DNA of 54,489 bases from an uncultured Clostridia bacterium. Its GTDB lineage: Bacteria; Bacillota; Clostridia; TANB77; CAG-508. Below the pieces are notes generated by a model. The model was not told the origin of the DNA. It saw nothing but the letters and a program-made list of their open reading frames with translations, and ran no database searches. Made by a program: the position numbers and the translations under genes. This document shows, one piece after another, positions 30,335 through 39,552 of this stretch. The stretch lies in contig CANQTK010000006.1 of assembly GCA_947626735.1 (NCBI GenBank), positions 1 to 54,489 of the forward strand, written 5' to 3'. Position 1 is the first letter of the stretch; every line of letters begins with the position of its first letter.

Positions 30335-31750
30335 ATGGAAAAAGACAAAAAACAAAACAAGAACCTAATAAATAGTAAAAACAAGAAAACGAAACATAGC
30401 AAAGGAATTACATTAGTCGCTTTAGTGATAACGATTATTGTATTAATAATTTTAGCAGGGGTAAGTATTAATTTAGTTTTAGGAGAAGATGGTATCTTTA
30501 AAAGAGCAATTGGAGCCAGAGAAACTTATACCATAGCAAGCGAAAGAGAATATTTAGAGCAAAATGTATTATTGTATCAAATGCAAGCAGTAACAAATAA
30601 TGATGAGAAGGGAAAGTTAGGAAAGCCACTTTATGATAGAACAGTGGAAAATAGTAGTATATGGGATATCATTGTAGAAAAAGAAAATAGCAATCTCTAT
30701 GGAACAGGTTGGAACTATATAGAAAAAGGAAATAGCATAGAAGGATATGGAGAGGCAAAATATCATTGGCTAGTAAACTATGAAACAGGAGAAATCATAC
30801 AATTAGAAGAGGATAGTTATAATCATTTAGATTATAATTCAACAGTTGCCGTAAAAGACGGGTTAGTATTTAATTATGATTCAGCAAATGCAAATGCAAA
30901 TATAGATTCATTGGGAGAAAATACAAAATTATATTATTATGATGCTCAAAAATATAACACTGTAGAAAGTAGAGCAAAGGCATATGAAGATGAAAAGGAA
31001 AAAAATGTAACAAACTATGTAGGATATGATAGACAAAAATCAGAAAATATAAATGATTATTTAGATGAAAAAACAGGAGCTTTTAAATTTAATGGAAATA
31101 ATTATATAGAAATATATAATGAAAATGGGTTTGATTTTTCAAAAGGATTAACATTTGAATTTTACGGAAATATATTAGGAAATACGGTTGCAACTTATAA
31201 TGGGACTGATACGAATTGGAAAAATTTTGCTGGTTTATTTGGAATTTGGAATGGAGATTATAGTCAACAATGTTACCCAAGATTTCTTAATCTATTTGCT
31301 TCACAAACTTTAACCTATTCATTATGGGCTACATGGAATCCAGGAACACAAAGTGGTCAGTATGGTGATTCAAATCCGTTGGGTAGTTGGAATCAACATG
31401 TTTCTATTGGAGACATTAAAAGTAAACAAATTTATCTTTTTATTACCATAGATAATAGTAAAGTAGATAACGATAAGATAAATCAGTCAATATATATCTA
31501 TCTAGATGGAACATTAAAAGAATATTCAGGATGGCTTTTAAAAGAATACTATGACTATTTTGTAGAACAAGTAAAAGGATTGCATTATTTTGAATTAGGA
31601 AGATGTTCGTATGGAACTATTTCAAACTGGGGATATCTAAAAGGTTTATGTTATTCTACTAGAATTTATAACAAAGGATTAAGTAAAGAAGAAGTACAAG
31701 ATAATTATCGTGTGACAAAATTATTTCACGATAATATGATAACGAATTAG
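30335..31750 (+). CDS. Second pilin-like/LamG protein (tandem paralogue)
   Basis: Start assigned by identity to 28602 (AAAGGAGG RBS); FKFNGNNYI and RIYNKGLS.EEV..NY motifs. Confidence 0.8.
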   Translation: MEKDKKQNKNLINSKNKKTKHSKGITLVALVITIIVLIILAGVSINLVLGEDGIFKRAIGARETYTIASEREYLEQNVLLYQMQAVTNNDEKGKLGKPLYDRTVENSSIWDIIVEKENSNLYGTGWNYIEKGNSIEGYGEAKYHWLVNYETGEIIQLEEDSYNHLDYNSTVAVKDGLVFNYDSANANANIDSLGENTKLYYYDAQKYNTVESRAKAYEDEKEKNVTNYVGYDRQKSENINDYLDEKTGAFKFNGNNYIEIYNENGFDFSKGLTFEFYGNILGNTVATYNGTDTNWKNFAGLFGIWNGDYSQQCYPRFLNLFASQTLTYSLWATWNPGTQSGQYGDSNPLGSWNQHVSIGDIKSKQIYLFITIDNSKVDNDKINQSIYIYLDGTLKEYSGWLLKEYYDYFVEQVKGLHYFELGRCSYGTISNWGYLKGLCYSTRIYNKGLSKEEVQDNYRVTKLFHDNMITN

Positions 31751-31923
31751 AGTATGAAAATATGTAAAAAAAGATTAAATTTTATTTACAAGTTTCCATA
31801 ATTGTAGTATAATAATAAACAGTAACATTTTTTAACAATGTTTTAAATAAAACAATGGAAAGGAGGATAAAATTTAGTTATTTCACAAATTAACCAATTG
31901 ATTTAGCAAAAGGAGGAAAAATA

Positions 31924-33708
31924 ATGACAAAAGTAGCAAAATTGGTTATAAACGTATTTTCTGTATTTGTAATGTGGTTTTTGTATTGGCTGACACAACC
32001 AACACTTTCCATGGCTTATGCAGGTGGATTTTTCTTTATTGGAATTTGTGTCATCATCGTAGCTGCAAACCTAAGTATATGGTTTTTAGACACAGGTATG
32101 GAAGACTATTGGCTTTATCCAATAGGAATTGCAGTAGTACTTTTTATTATTGTACAAATTATTGGAATGATTGGAAGCATGCCACTATTCCATGCTACAT
32201 TTATGCAAAAGCAAATTGGAGAAGTAGAAACAATTGAATATAGCGATATGATAAAGCAAATTGACAACTCTCAAATTCCCATTGTAGATGAAGCCCTAGC
32301 CAATAAACAAGCGGATAAAAAAATTGGTGAAGACATTGCTTTAGGCTCCAGAGTGCAGTTGGGGGATGGTGCAATTCAGGAAGTAAATGGAGAAATTATG
32401 TATGTAATACCTTTGGAACACACTGGTTTCTTTAAATGGAATACGAATCGTTCTACTCCTGGGTACATTACGGTTTCTGCGTCTAATCCCAACAAGGTTA
32501 ATTTTATAACTGAACTAAACGGAGAAAAGATTAACATTCTTTATCAAGAATCTGCTTACTTCAGTTATGACTTAAAACGTCATATTCGAAAGCAAGGATT
32601 TACTAACGTAGGTTTAACGGAATATACTTTCGAAATTGATGATACTGGGCGGCCTTATTGGGTAGTAACAACATACCAGAATCGTACTCTATGGGATTCA
32701 CCTGAGGCAACAGGGGTAGTAATAGTAGATGCACAAACAGGAGAAACAAAATGGTATGCTACAGGGGATACACCTGATTGGGTAGATATTATTCAGCCTA
32801 AGTCCTTTGTAGAAAATCAGATTGATAATTGGGGAAAACTGGTACATGGAGTATTTAACTTCTCTAATCAGGATAAAATTCAAAAGACCAATCTGACTCT
32901 AACCGTTTATGTAGATGGAGATTGCTATTACTTTACAGGTATGACTAGCGTTGGAAGTGATGAATCATGTGTTGGCTTCATTATGGTCAATACACGTACG
33001 AAAAAAGCACAGATGTGCTATATGAGTGGTGCAACAGAAGATGCGGCTATGAAATCAGCAGAAGGTCTTGTATCAGACTTTGGGTACACATCCACAGAGC
33101 CTTTACCGTTAAATGTAAATGGAATTCCTACTTATGTTGTAGCATTAAAAGATGAAGAAGGACTGATTAAGTCTTATGCTATGGTAAATGTGGAAAATTA
33201 CAGCATAGCGGCAAAGGGAAATAGTCTTGCAGAAGCAAGTAGAGCATACGTGCAAGCAGTGGCAAGAAACAGCACTACTTATGTGGTTAGTTCTGACGAA
33301 GCATATGGATATACTTACGAAGGTAAAGTAAAGCGAATTTCAAGCGTGGTAGAGGAAGGTTCGACCTATTACTACATAGTAGTAGAGGGAGAAGAAGATA
33401 AAATCTTTGTTGCTTCCTATATGGTTTCAGAAAAGCTTTCTATTACAAGAGATGGCGATACGGTAAAAATTACTTATGTGGATGATAAGAATGGCACCGT
33501 AGATATCGTTGGCTTTGATAACATTGCCTTTGCAATTCCCATCTCCGAAGATCAGGAAAAGAGAAATGAGTTAGATGAAGGAACTTCTGTATTGGAACAG
33601 GAATCTACTACTGTAACAGATGTAAATCCTGAACTGAACGAGGAAACATGGGAGAGTCTTACAGAAGAAGAAAAAGCAAAGCTTTTGGAACAATTATCAA
33701 ATAACTAA
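31924..33708 (+). CDS. Hypothetical membrane protein with a large extracellular domain; in-frame CGG at 32650
   Basis: AAAGGAGG RBS; three N-terminal TM helices; FEIDDTGRPYW and VVIVDAQTGE motifs; codon usage differs from neighbouring genes. Confidence 0.8.
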   Translation: MTKVAKLVINVFSVFVMWFLYWLTQPTLSMAYAGGFFFIGICVIIVAANLSIWFLDTGMEDYWLYPIGIAVVLFIIVQIIGMIGSMPLFHATFMQKQIGEVETIEYSDMIKQIDNSQIPIVDEALANKQADKKIGEDIALGSRVQLGDGAIQEVNGEIMYVIPLEHTGFFKWNTNRSTPGYITVSASNPNKVNFITELNGEKINILYQESAYFSYDLKRHIRKQGFTNVGLTEYTFEIDDTGRPYWVVTTYQNRTLWDSPEATGVVIVDAQTGETKWYATGDTPDWVDIIQPKSFVENQIDNWGKLVHGVFNFSNQDKIQKTNLTLTVYVDGDCYYFTGMTSVGSDESCVGFIMVNTRTKKAQMCYMSGATEDAAMKSAEGLVSDFGYTSTEPLPLNVNGIPTYVVALKDEEGLIKSYAMVNVENYSIAAKGNSLAEASRAYVQAVARNSTTYVVSSDEAYGYTYEGKVKRISSVVEEGSTYYYIVVEGEEDKIFVASYMVSEKLSITRDGDTVKITYVDDKNGTVDIVGFDNIAFAIPISEDQEKRNELDEGTSVLEQESTTVTDVNPELNEETWESLTEEEKAKLLEQLSNN

Positions 33709-33716
33709 ATTTTATC

Positions 33717-33748
33717 AAGGAAACGGGCACATTTGTGCTCGTTTCCTT
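33717..33748 (+). terminator. Intrinsic terminator
   Basis: AAGGAAACGGGCAC-ATTT-GTGCTCGTTTCCTT. Confidence 0.75.
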
Positions 33749-33904
33749 CTTTGTATGAAAAAGTATTAAATTAACTGAAAACTAAGATACAAGGAAAGCG
33801 AGGCAAAACTACTTTATTCTGTAGTTGCTAATTTATTCCCTTTATGATAAGATACTACTATATATGCGCATTGCGACTAAAGCAAGAAAGGAAATGATGT
33901 AAAA

Positions 33905-34051
33905 ATGCAAAAGAAAGAAATAGAAGAATATTTGAAACAATTGAATTGTAGAGGTTGTTATTGTAAATGCCCTTTAAATCAACCAAATTGTGCAAGAAGT
34001 AATATCTTTATTAAAGAGGCAATGGAAAAATACGAAAGTAGTAAAAAATAA
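33905..34051 (+). CDS. Small Cys-rich protein (48 aa), absent from the ORF track
   Basis: MQKKEIEEYLKQLNCRGCYCKCPLNQPNCARSNIFIKEAMEKYESSKK; upstream GAAAGGA; the stop abuts the RBS of the next gene. Confidence 0.65.
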   Translation: MQKKEIEEYLKQLNCRGCYCKCPLNQPNCARSNIFIKEAMEKYESSKK

Positions 34052-34063
34052 GGAAAGGAGAGT

Positions 34064-34420
34064 ATGATATATTTATCATACAAAGGAAACATGGCAAATA
34101 TAGAAGATTTTATGAAATTAGATATTCGTGTAGGAACCATTACAAAAGTAGAAAATTTTGAAAAAGCGAAAAAGCCTGCTTATCAATTAGAAATTGATTT
34201 TGGAGAAGAAATTGGAATAAAAAAATCTTCTGCGCAAATTACACAAGTATATGAAAAAGAAGATTTAATAGGAAAGCAAATTCTAGCAGTAGTTAATTTT
34301 GCACCAAGACAGATAGCGAATTTTATGTCAGAAGTATTAGTATTAGGAACCTATAGCAAAAATGGTGTAGTTCTAATTTCACCAGATAGAAAGGTAGAAA
34401 ATGGAGATAAGTTAGGGTAA
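34064..34420 (+). CDS. csaA: CsaA-like tRNA-binding/chaperone protein (start may be 34091)
   Basis: LDIRVGTI, KKSSAQIT and VVNFAPRQIANFMSEVLVLG motifs. Confidence 0.9.
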   Translation: MIYLSYKGNMANIEDFMKLDIRVGTITKVENFEKAKKPAYQLEIDFGEEIGIKKSSAQITQVYEKEDLIGKQILAVVNFAPRQIANFMSEVLVLGTYSKNGVVLISPDRKVENGDKLG

Positions 34421-34500
34421 AAAATGTGATAAAAATGTGGTCAAAAGGTCAGTTCTTTTTATCACATTTTTTAATGCTTGAAATAGCAAGCAAAAAAAGT

Positions 34501-34540
34501 ATATACCCCTGTATTTACAAAATACCCAAAGGGGTATATA
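34501..34540 (+). promoter_or_regulatory. CsoR-type operator overlapping the promoter
   Basis: ATACCC-AAA-GGGGTAT pseudo-palindrome, plus an upstream TATACCCC, directly before csoR. Confidence 0.7.
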
Positions 34541-34558
34541 ATAATTTTGGTGATGTAA

Positions 34559-34849
34559 ATGGAAAAAGAGAAAAAAACATATAGAGCAGAGGAAGAAAAA
34601 CGCTTAATTACCAATCGATTAAGTCGAATTGAAGGACAGGTAAAAGGAATTAAAAAGATGGTAGAAGAAGATAAATACTGCCATGATATTTTACTTCAAC
34701 TATCTGCCATTGAAAATTCAATTAAAAGCCTGTCAAATCATATTTTAGAAAATCATTTATATAGTTGTGTAAGCAATGATTTAGAAAAAGGCAATTTAGA
34801 AGTTATCGATGAATTAATTAGTTTATTCAAAAAATTTAACAAGGCATAA
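34559..34849 (+). CDS. csoR: CsoR/RcnR family metal-sensing repressor
   Basis: RLSRIEGQVKGI, C.DIL.Q and HLYSC ligand motifs. Confidence 0.9.
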   Translation: MEKEKKTYRAEEEKRLITNRLSRIEGQVKGIKKMVEEDKYCHDILLQLSAIENSIKSLSNHILENHLYSCVSNDLEKGNLEVIDELISLFKKFNKA

Positions 34850-34875
34850 AAAATAAAGAAAGGAAGAAAATAAAA

Positions 34876-35301
34876 ATGGATATTATTTTTGAACGAAAAA
34901 TCAATTATTATGAAACAGATAGAATGGGAGTAGTACACCATTCCAATTATATTCGCTATTTAGAAGAAGCAAGATGCGATTGGCTAGAAAAACTAGATAT
35001 GCCATTTGAAGTATTAGAAGAAAATGGAATTACCATTCCGGTATTAGGAGTTAATTGTACTTACAAATATCATGTAACTTTTGCAGATACTTTGCTGATT
35101 AGAGTATTTGTAACAGAATATACAGGAGTAAGAATGACAGTTTCCTATAGTGTAACCGATAAAAAAACAGGAAAAACAGTTATGGAAGCAGAAACGAAGC
35201 ATTGCTTTACCAATCGAAATTTAAAGCCAATCAATTTAAAGAAACATGCACCAGAGTTTAGCAAAAAATTTGAAAGTACGGTAGAAAGCAAAGAAAAATA
35301 A
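34876..35301 (+). CDS. Acyl-CoA thioesterase (YbgC/4HBT family)
   Basis: ETDRMGVVHHSNYIRYLEEAR. Confidence 0.9.
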   Translation: MDIIFERKINYYETDRMGVVHHSNYIRYLEEARCDWLEKLDMPFEVLEENGITIPVLGVNCTYKYHVTFADTLLIRVFVTEYTGVRMTVSYSVTDKKTGKTVMEAETKHCFTNRNLKPINLKKHAPEFSKKFESTVESKEK

Positions 35302-35414
35302 TTTTAAAATTAAATAGATATAAGTAGCATAAAATAGTTTTAGGCTTAAATCAATATAATTAGTAAAATAGTTTATAATTTTCGTAAAAACGAGAAAAAG
35401 TATAAAAAGAAAGG

Positions 35415-35624
35415 ATGATAAAAATGAAAGAAATAATTTTAAAAGTAGAAGGAATGGCATGCACAGGATGTGAAAATAGAATTCAAAATGCACTAAAAAC
35501 AAAAGAAGGAATTAAAGAAGTAGTAGCAAATCACAAAGAAGGAACCGTGAAAATAGTAGCAGAAGATGTTAATTTAGAAGAAATAAAAGCACAAATAGAA
35601 AATATTGGATTTACTGTTATATAA
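35415..35624 (+). CDS. copZ: Copper chaperone (HMA domain; start may be 35424)
   Basis: GMACTGC motif. Confidence 0.88.
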   Translation: MIKMKEIILKVEGMACTGCENRIQNALKTKEGIKEVVANHKEGTVKIVAEDVNLEEIKAQIENIGFTVI

Positions 35625-35638
35625 AAGAAAGGAAAACA

Positions 35639-37849
35639 ATGAAAAAAATCATTTTATCCATTGGAGGAATGACATGTAGTGCTTGTTCCAATGGCTTAGA
35701 AAAGTATTTAAATAAACAAGAAGGCATCAAAAATGCAAGTGTAAACTTAGTGATGGCAAATGCGTTAATCGAATATGATGAAAAATTGCTAAATCAAGAA
35801 AAGATAGAGCAGTTTGTAAGAGAAGCGGGTTTTGAAAGTTTAGGTTTATTTCAAGATATCAAAATAGAAGAAAAAAGAAAACAAGAAAAAATAACTTTTT
35901 TTGTTTTTCTTTTGCTTGCCATTTTGTTACTTTATATTTCTATGGGAGACATGATAGGCTTGCCTATTCCAAGCATATTAAATCGAAATACAAATTCGGT
36001 TCTTTATACCATTACTTTATTGGTACTAACCATCCCTTTTCTTTTTTATGGAAAAGACATCTTAAAAAGTGGGTATCAAAACCTAATTCATAAAACGCCT
36101 AATATGGATACTTTGGTTGGCATAGGTGTACTTAGCAGTATGGCTTATAGTCTTTATAATATGTATTTAGTATTTAGTGGAGAACATCATGCTGTGCACA
36201 ATTTATATTTTGAATCAGCTGCTATTGTCATTTTTTTTATTAAACTAGGAAGATATTTAGATGGCATTAGCAAAGACAAGACCAAAGAGGCCATTCAAAG
36301 ATTAGTAAAAATTACGCCAAATAAAGCAGTAATCAAAGTAGGAGAAACAGAAAAAGAAGTGACATTAGACGAAATTACAAAAGGTGATATTGTTATCAGT
36401 AGACCAGGAGAAAGAATAGCCGTAGATGGTACCATTACAAAAGGAAAAGCCCATTTAGAACAATCTTTCTTAACAGGGGAAAGTAAGCCAGTAGCAAAAA
36501 CGGTAGGAGAAGAAGTGATAGCAGGAAGCATTAACTACGATGGCTATTTAGAATATCAAGCCGAAAGAATTGGCAAAGAATCTACCATTTCAGAAATTGT
36601 AAGGCTAGTGGTAGAGGCAACCAACACCAAAGCTCCTATTGCAAAAGTAGCTGATAAAGTAAGTGGCTATTTTGTACCAACCGTTATTTTAATTGGCATT
36701 TTTACCTTTATTGGTTATCTTTTATTAGGTTATTCGGTCTCAGTTGCTCTTACTTCTTTTGTTACCATTTTAGTCGTAGCTTGCCCATGTAGCCTTGGCC
36801 TTGCCACTCCACTTGCCATTGTCGTAAGTGAAGGTTTGTGCGCAGAAAATGGCATTTTAGTTAAGAAAAGTGAAATATTAGAAAATGCCCAAAAAGTCAA
36901 TACTATTGTATTTGACAAAACAGGAACTTTAACTTATGGCATGTTAAAAATTGCTCAAGTCATTAATTATAGTAATTTAGAAGAAAAAGAATTATTACAA
37001 TTAGTAGGAAGTATTGAAAAGAAAGGAATGCATCCAATTGCAAAGGCTTTTACAAACTTCTTAGAAGAAAACAAAATAGAAGCATTAGATGTAGAAAATT
37101 TTGAAGAAATAAGCGGACATGGGGTAGTAGGAACTATTCAAAATGAAGAAATTATTTTAGGAAATCGAAAGATATTAGAAAAATATGAAATAGAAAATCC
37201 TGCTATTCAAGACGAAGAAAAACTTAGCAAAGAGGGAAACACCATTGTTTATGTAGTAAAAAATAGAAAAGTAATTGCACTAATTGGAATCAAAGATGGC
37301 ATTCGAGAAAATGTAAAAGAAGTGATTCAAACTTTAAATGAAAATAAAATTGAAACTATGATGCTAACAGGAGATAATCAAGCAGTAGCAGAAAAAATAG
37401 CAAAAGAAATTGGCATATCTAAAGTAATAGCAAATGTTGTGCCAGCACAAAAAGTAGAGTTGATTCAAAAACTAAAAGAAGAAAATAAATTTGTGATGAT
37501 GTGTGGCGATGGTATCAATGATAGTCCTGCCTTAGCAAGTTCTCATATAGGAGTTAGCATTGGTAGTGGAACGGATATTGCGATGGATTCTGCTGATGTC
37601 ATTTTAACGAAAAATGATTTACAAAGTATTTTAGATTTGATGCAAATTAGCAAAAAAACGATTCGCAATATCAAACAAAATTTATTCTGGGCATTTTTCT
37701 ATAATACTCTTATGATTCCTATTGCAATGGGAATTTTAAGACCACTAGGTATTACTATAAATCCAATGATAGCAAGTCTTGCTATGGTAATAAGTAGTTT
37801 TACCGTTATTTTGAATGCGTTAAGATTACGAAAAATAAAATTCAATTAA
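35639..37849 (+). CDS. copA: Copper-translocating P1B-type ATPase
   Basis: GMTCSAC, TGES, CPC, DKTGT, GDGIND and YN/MxxSS motifs. Confidence 0.93.
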   Translation: MKKIILSIGGMTCSACSNGLEKYLNKQEGIKNASVNLVMANALIEYDEKLLNQEKIEQFVREAGFESLGLFQDIKIEEKRKQEKITFFVFLLLAILLLYISMGDMIGLPIPSILNRNTNSVLYTITLLVLTIPFLFYGKDILKSGYQNLIHKTPNMDTLVGIGVLSSMAYSLYNMYLVFSGEHHAVHNLYFESAAIVIFFIKLGRYLDGISKDKTKEAIQRLVKITPNKAVIKVGETEKEVTLDEITKGDIVISRPGERIAVDGTITKGKAHLEQSFLTGESKPVAKTVGEEVIAGSINYDGYLEYQAERIGKESTISEIVRLVVEATNTKAPIAKVADKVSGYFVPTVILIGIFTFIGYLLLGYSVSVALTSFVTILVVACPCSLGLATPLAIVVSEGLCAENGILVKKSEILENAQKVNTIVFDKTGTLTYGMLKIAQVINYSNLEEKELLQLVGSIEKKGMHPIAKAFTNFLEENKIEALDVENFEEISGHGVVGTIQNEEIILGNRKILEKYEIENPAIQDEEKLSKEGNTIVYVVKNRKVIALIGIKDGIRENVKEVIQTLNENKIETMMLTGDNQAVAEKIAKEIGISKVIANVVPAQKVELIQKLKEENKFVMMCGDGINDSPALASSHIGVSIGSGTDIAMDSADVILTKNDLQSILDLMQISKKTIRNIKQNLFWAFFYNTLMIPIAMGILRPLGITINPMIASLAMVISSFTVILNALRLRKIKFN

Positions 37850-38027
37850 GACGGATGAAAAAGAATATAAGATAAAACTTAATAAGAGGAAAAAAATAAT
37901 AGTTACAACTTGCATAACGGACATTCTAAGCCTAATACAATTTAAGTAGAAAGGTTTGGAATAGTTGAAAAAAATTTCTTTAAAACTATGTTTACCTTCA
38001 AACAAAGTAAGAAAGGAAAAAATTCTT

Positions 38028-38816
38028 ATGAAAGTGATTAAAATAAAGAAAAGTAGCATTCTTAAAATACTCTTATTATGTGTTTTTACATTTGTTATTA
38101 CAAAACTTACTACTTCTTTTGGTATGCAACATTACTACAATGTTGATTTTTCAACTGGACTTGTTACAGCAAGTGTATTGAATGTAAGAAGCGGGCCAGG
38201 AACAAATTATCCAGTGGTAGCGAAAGTAAAGAAAAACGAGTACATTCGCGTATTTGCAGGAGTAGGTAGTTGGTATATTGTGCAAGTAGAAGGAGACTAT
38301 GTAGGAGCCGTAAGCCAGCAATATGTAAAAGCAATTTATCCTAGTACAGGAGGAAGCAGTGGAGGTTCATCAGGAGGCAGTTCCTCTGGAGGAACATCAT
38401 CAGAAGGAGGCTCTAGTACCAATACAAGTGGTTTAACAGCAGATGAGTTAGAAGTGTTTAATTTAATCAATCAGCAAAGAAATCAAAATGGATTAGCCAG
38501 TTTAAAAATTGATTCAGAAGTGCAAAATGTAGCAAGAATTAAAGCACAAGATATGGTAAATAACAACTATTTTTCACACACTTCACCAACGTATGGTTCC
38601 CCTTTTGATATGCTAAAAAGCTTCAAAGTATCTTATAGAACAGCGGGGGAAAACATTGCAGGAAATTCTAGCAATTCAGGAGCAGTAACGGCATGGATGA
38701 ATTCCTCAGGACATAGAGCAAATATTTTAAATAGTAGTTTCAATTATACGGGAATTGGTGTTGTAAAAGGTTCTCAATATGGAAAAATTTTTGTGCAGAT
38801 GTTTATTGGAAAATAA
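38028..38816 (+). CDS. Secreted SH3b plus CAP/SCP (YkwD-like) protein
   Basis: GAAAGGA RBS before ATG 38028; LNVRSGPGT, Gly/Ser linker, YFSHTSPTYGSPF, GENIA and WMNSSGHRANIL motifs. Confidence 0.85.
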   Translation: MKVIKIKKSSILKILLLCVFTFVITKLTTSFGMQHYYNVDFSTGLVTASVLNVRSGPGTNYPVVAKVKKNEYIRVFAGVGSWYIVQVEGDYVGAVSQQYVKAIYPSTGGSSGGSSGGSSSGGTSSEGGSSTNTSGLTADELEVFNLINQQRNQNGLASLKIDSEVQNVARIKAQDMVNNNYFSHTSPTYGSPFDMLKSFKVSYRTAGENIAGNSSNSGAVTAWMNSSGHRANILNSSFNYTGIGVVKGSQYGKIFVQMFIGK

Positions 38817-38884
38817 ATTTATAAAACAACTATTGCATTTTCAAAAAAAACATGTTAAGATATAGCACATAAGATAAAAATAAG

Positions 38885-39165
38885 ATAAAAACATAAGCAA
38901 GGACAACACAAATAGAAAAAGTCTTCAAAAGAGAGCTAGATACTTTGGTGAAATTCTAGTAAGAGCCTAGTTTATTTGTTATCACCTTTGTTGTTTTTAA
39001 ACTGAAAAAATGTTAACATTAAGTTTTAGTAAGTTTAAACGTAATTTTACCTGCGTTAAAGGAAATGAAGTGGAAAATAAAGAATATTTATTTTCAAATT
39101 AGGTGGTACCACGGAAAAGTAGCTCTATTTCGCCCTAAATATAGGAGGAAATAGAGCTTTTTTAG
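38885..39165 (+). ncRNA. T-box riboswitch (Ile)
   Basis: AGAGA/GGTGAAA stem I motifs, ATC specifier at 38981-38983, T-box AATTAGGTGGTACCACGG at 39097-39114, terminator AGCTCTATTTC...GAAATAGAGCTTTTTT. Confidence 0.9.
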
Positions 39166-39184
39166 ATTGTATAAGGAGGAAAAA

Positions 39185-39430
39185 ATGCAAGAATTAAAAA
39201 TAAAAGGAATATACAAACATTTTAAAGGAGATTATTACTTAGTAGAAGATGTAGCAATTCATAGTGAAACAAAAGAAAAAATGGTAGTATATCGTGGCTT
39301 GTATGGAGATATGTCATTATATGTAAGACCAATAGATATGTTTTTAAGTGAAGTAGACCACAAAAAATATCCAGAAGTAAAACAAAAATATAGATTTGAA
39401 TTGCAAGACATCAAAAGCAAAAATGAATAA
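39185..39430 (+). CDS. DUF1653 family protein
   Basis: YKHFKG, HSET.E.MVVYR.LYG and VRP..MF.SEVD motifs; AAGGAGG RBS. Confidence 0.88.
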   Translation: MQELKIKGIYKHFKGDYYLVEDVAIHSETKEKMVVYRGLYGDMSLYVRPIDMFLSEVDHKKYPEVKQKYRFELQDIKSKNE

Positions 39431-39441
39431 CAAAAAATGTA

Positions 39442-39536
39442 GAAAATGTCTCTTTAGGAAACGTCCCCAACGAGACATGTCGAAAATGTCTCTTTAGGAA
39501 ACGTCCCCAAAGAGACAAAGAGACACAAAGAGACAT
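39442..39536. repeat. Tandem 40-bp hairpin repeat with a GTCCCC (reverse GGGGAC) loop
   Basis: GAAAATGTCTCTTTAGGAAACGTCCCCAA(C/A)GAGACA at 39442 and 39482, followed by AAAGAGACA echoes. Confidence 0.8.
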
Positions 39537-39552
39537 ATAGAAAGGAGAAAAA

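Noticed and set aside
28388-30355. Phe/Leu-rich minus-strand ORFs (28388..28669, 30119..30355) and other short antisense ORFs in the track
   Set aside because: They are shadows of A-rich leaders or of real + strand genes, with no RBS or recognisable motifs.
39442-39536. Possible CRISPR array
   Set aside because: Only two adjacent units, no unique spacers and no cas genes; it fits the GGGAC hairpin family.
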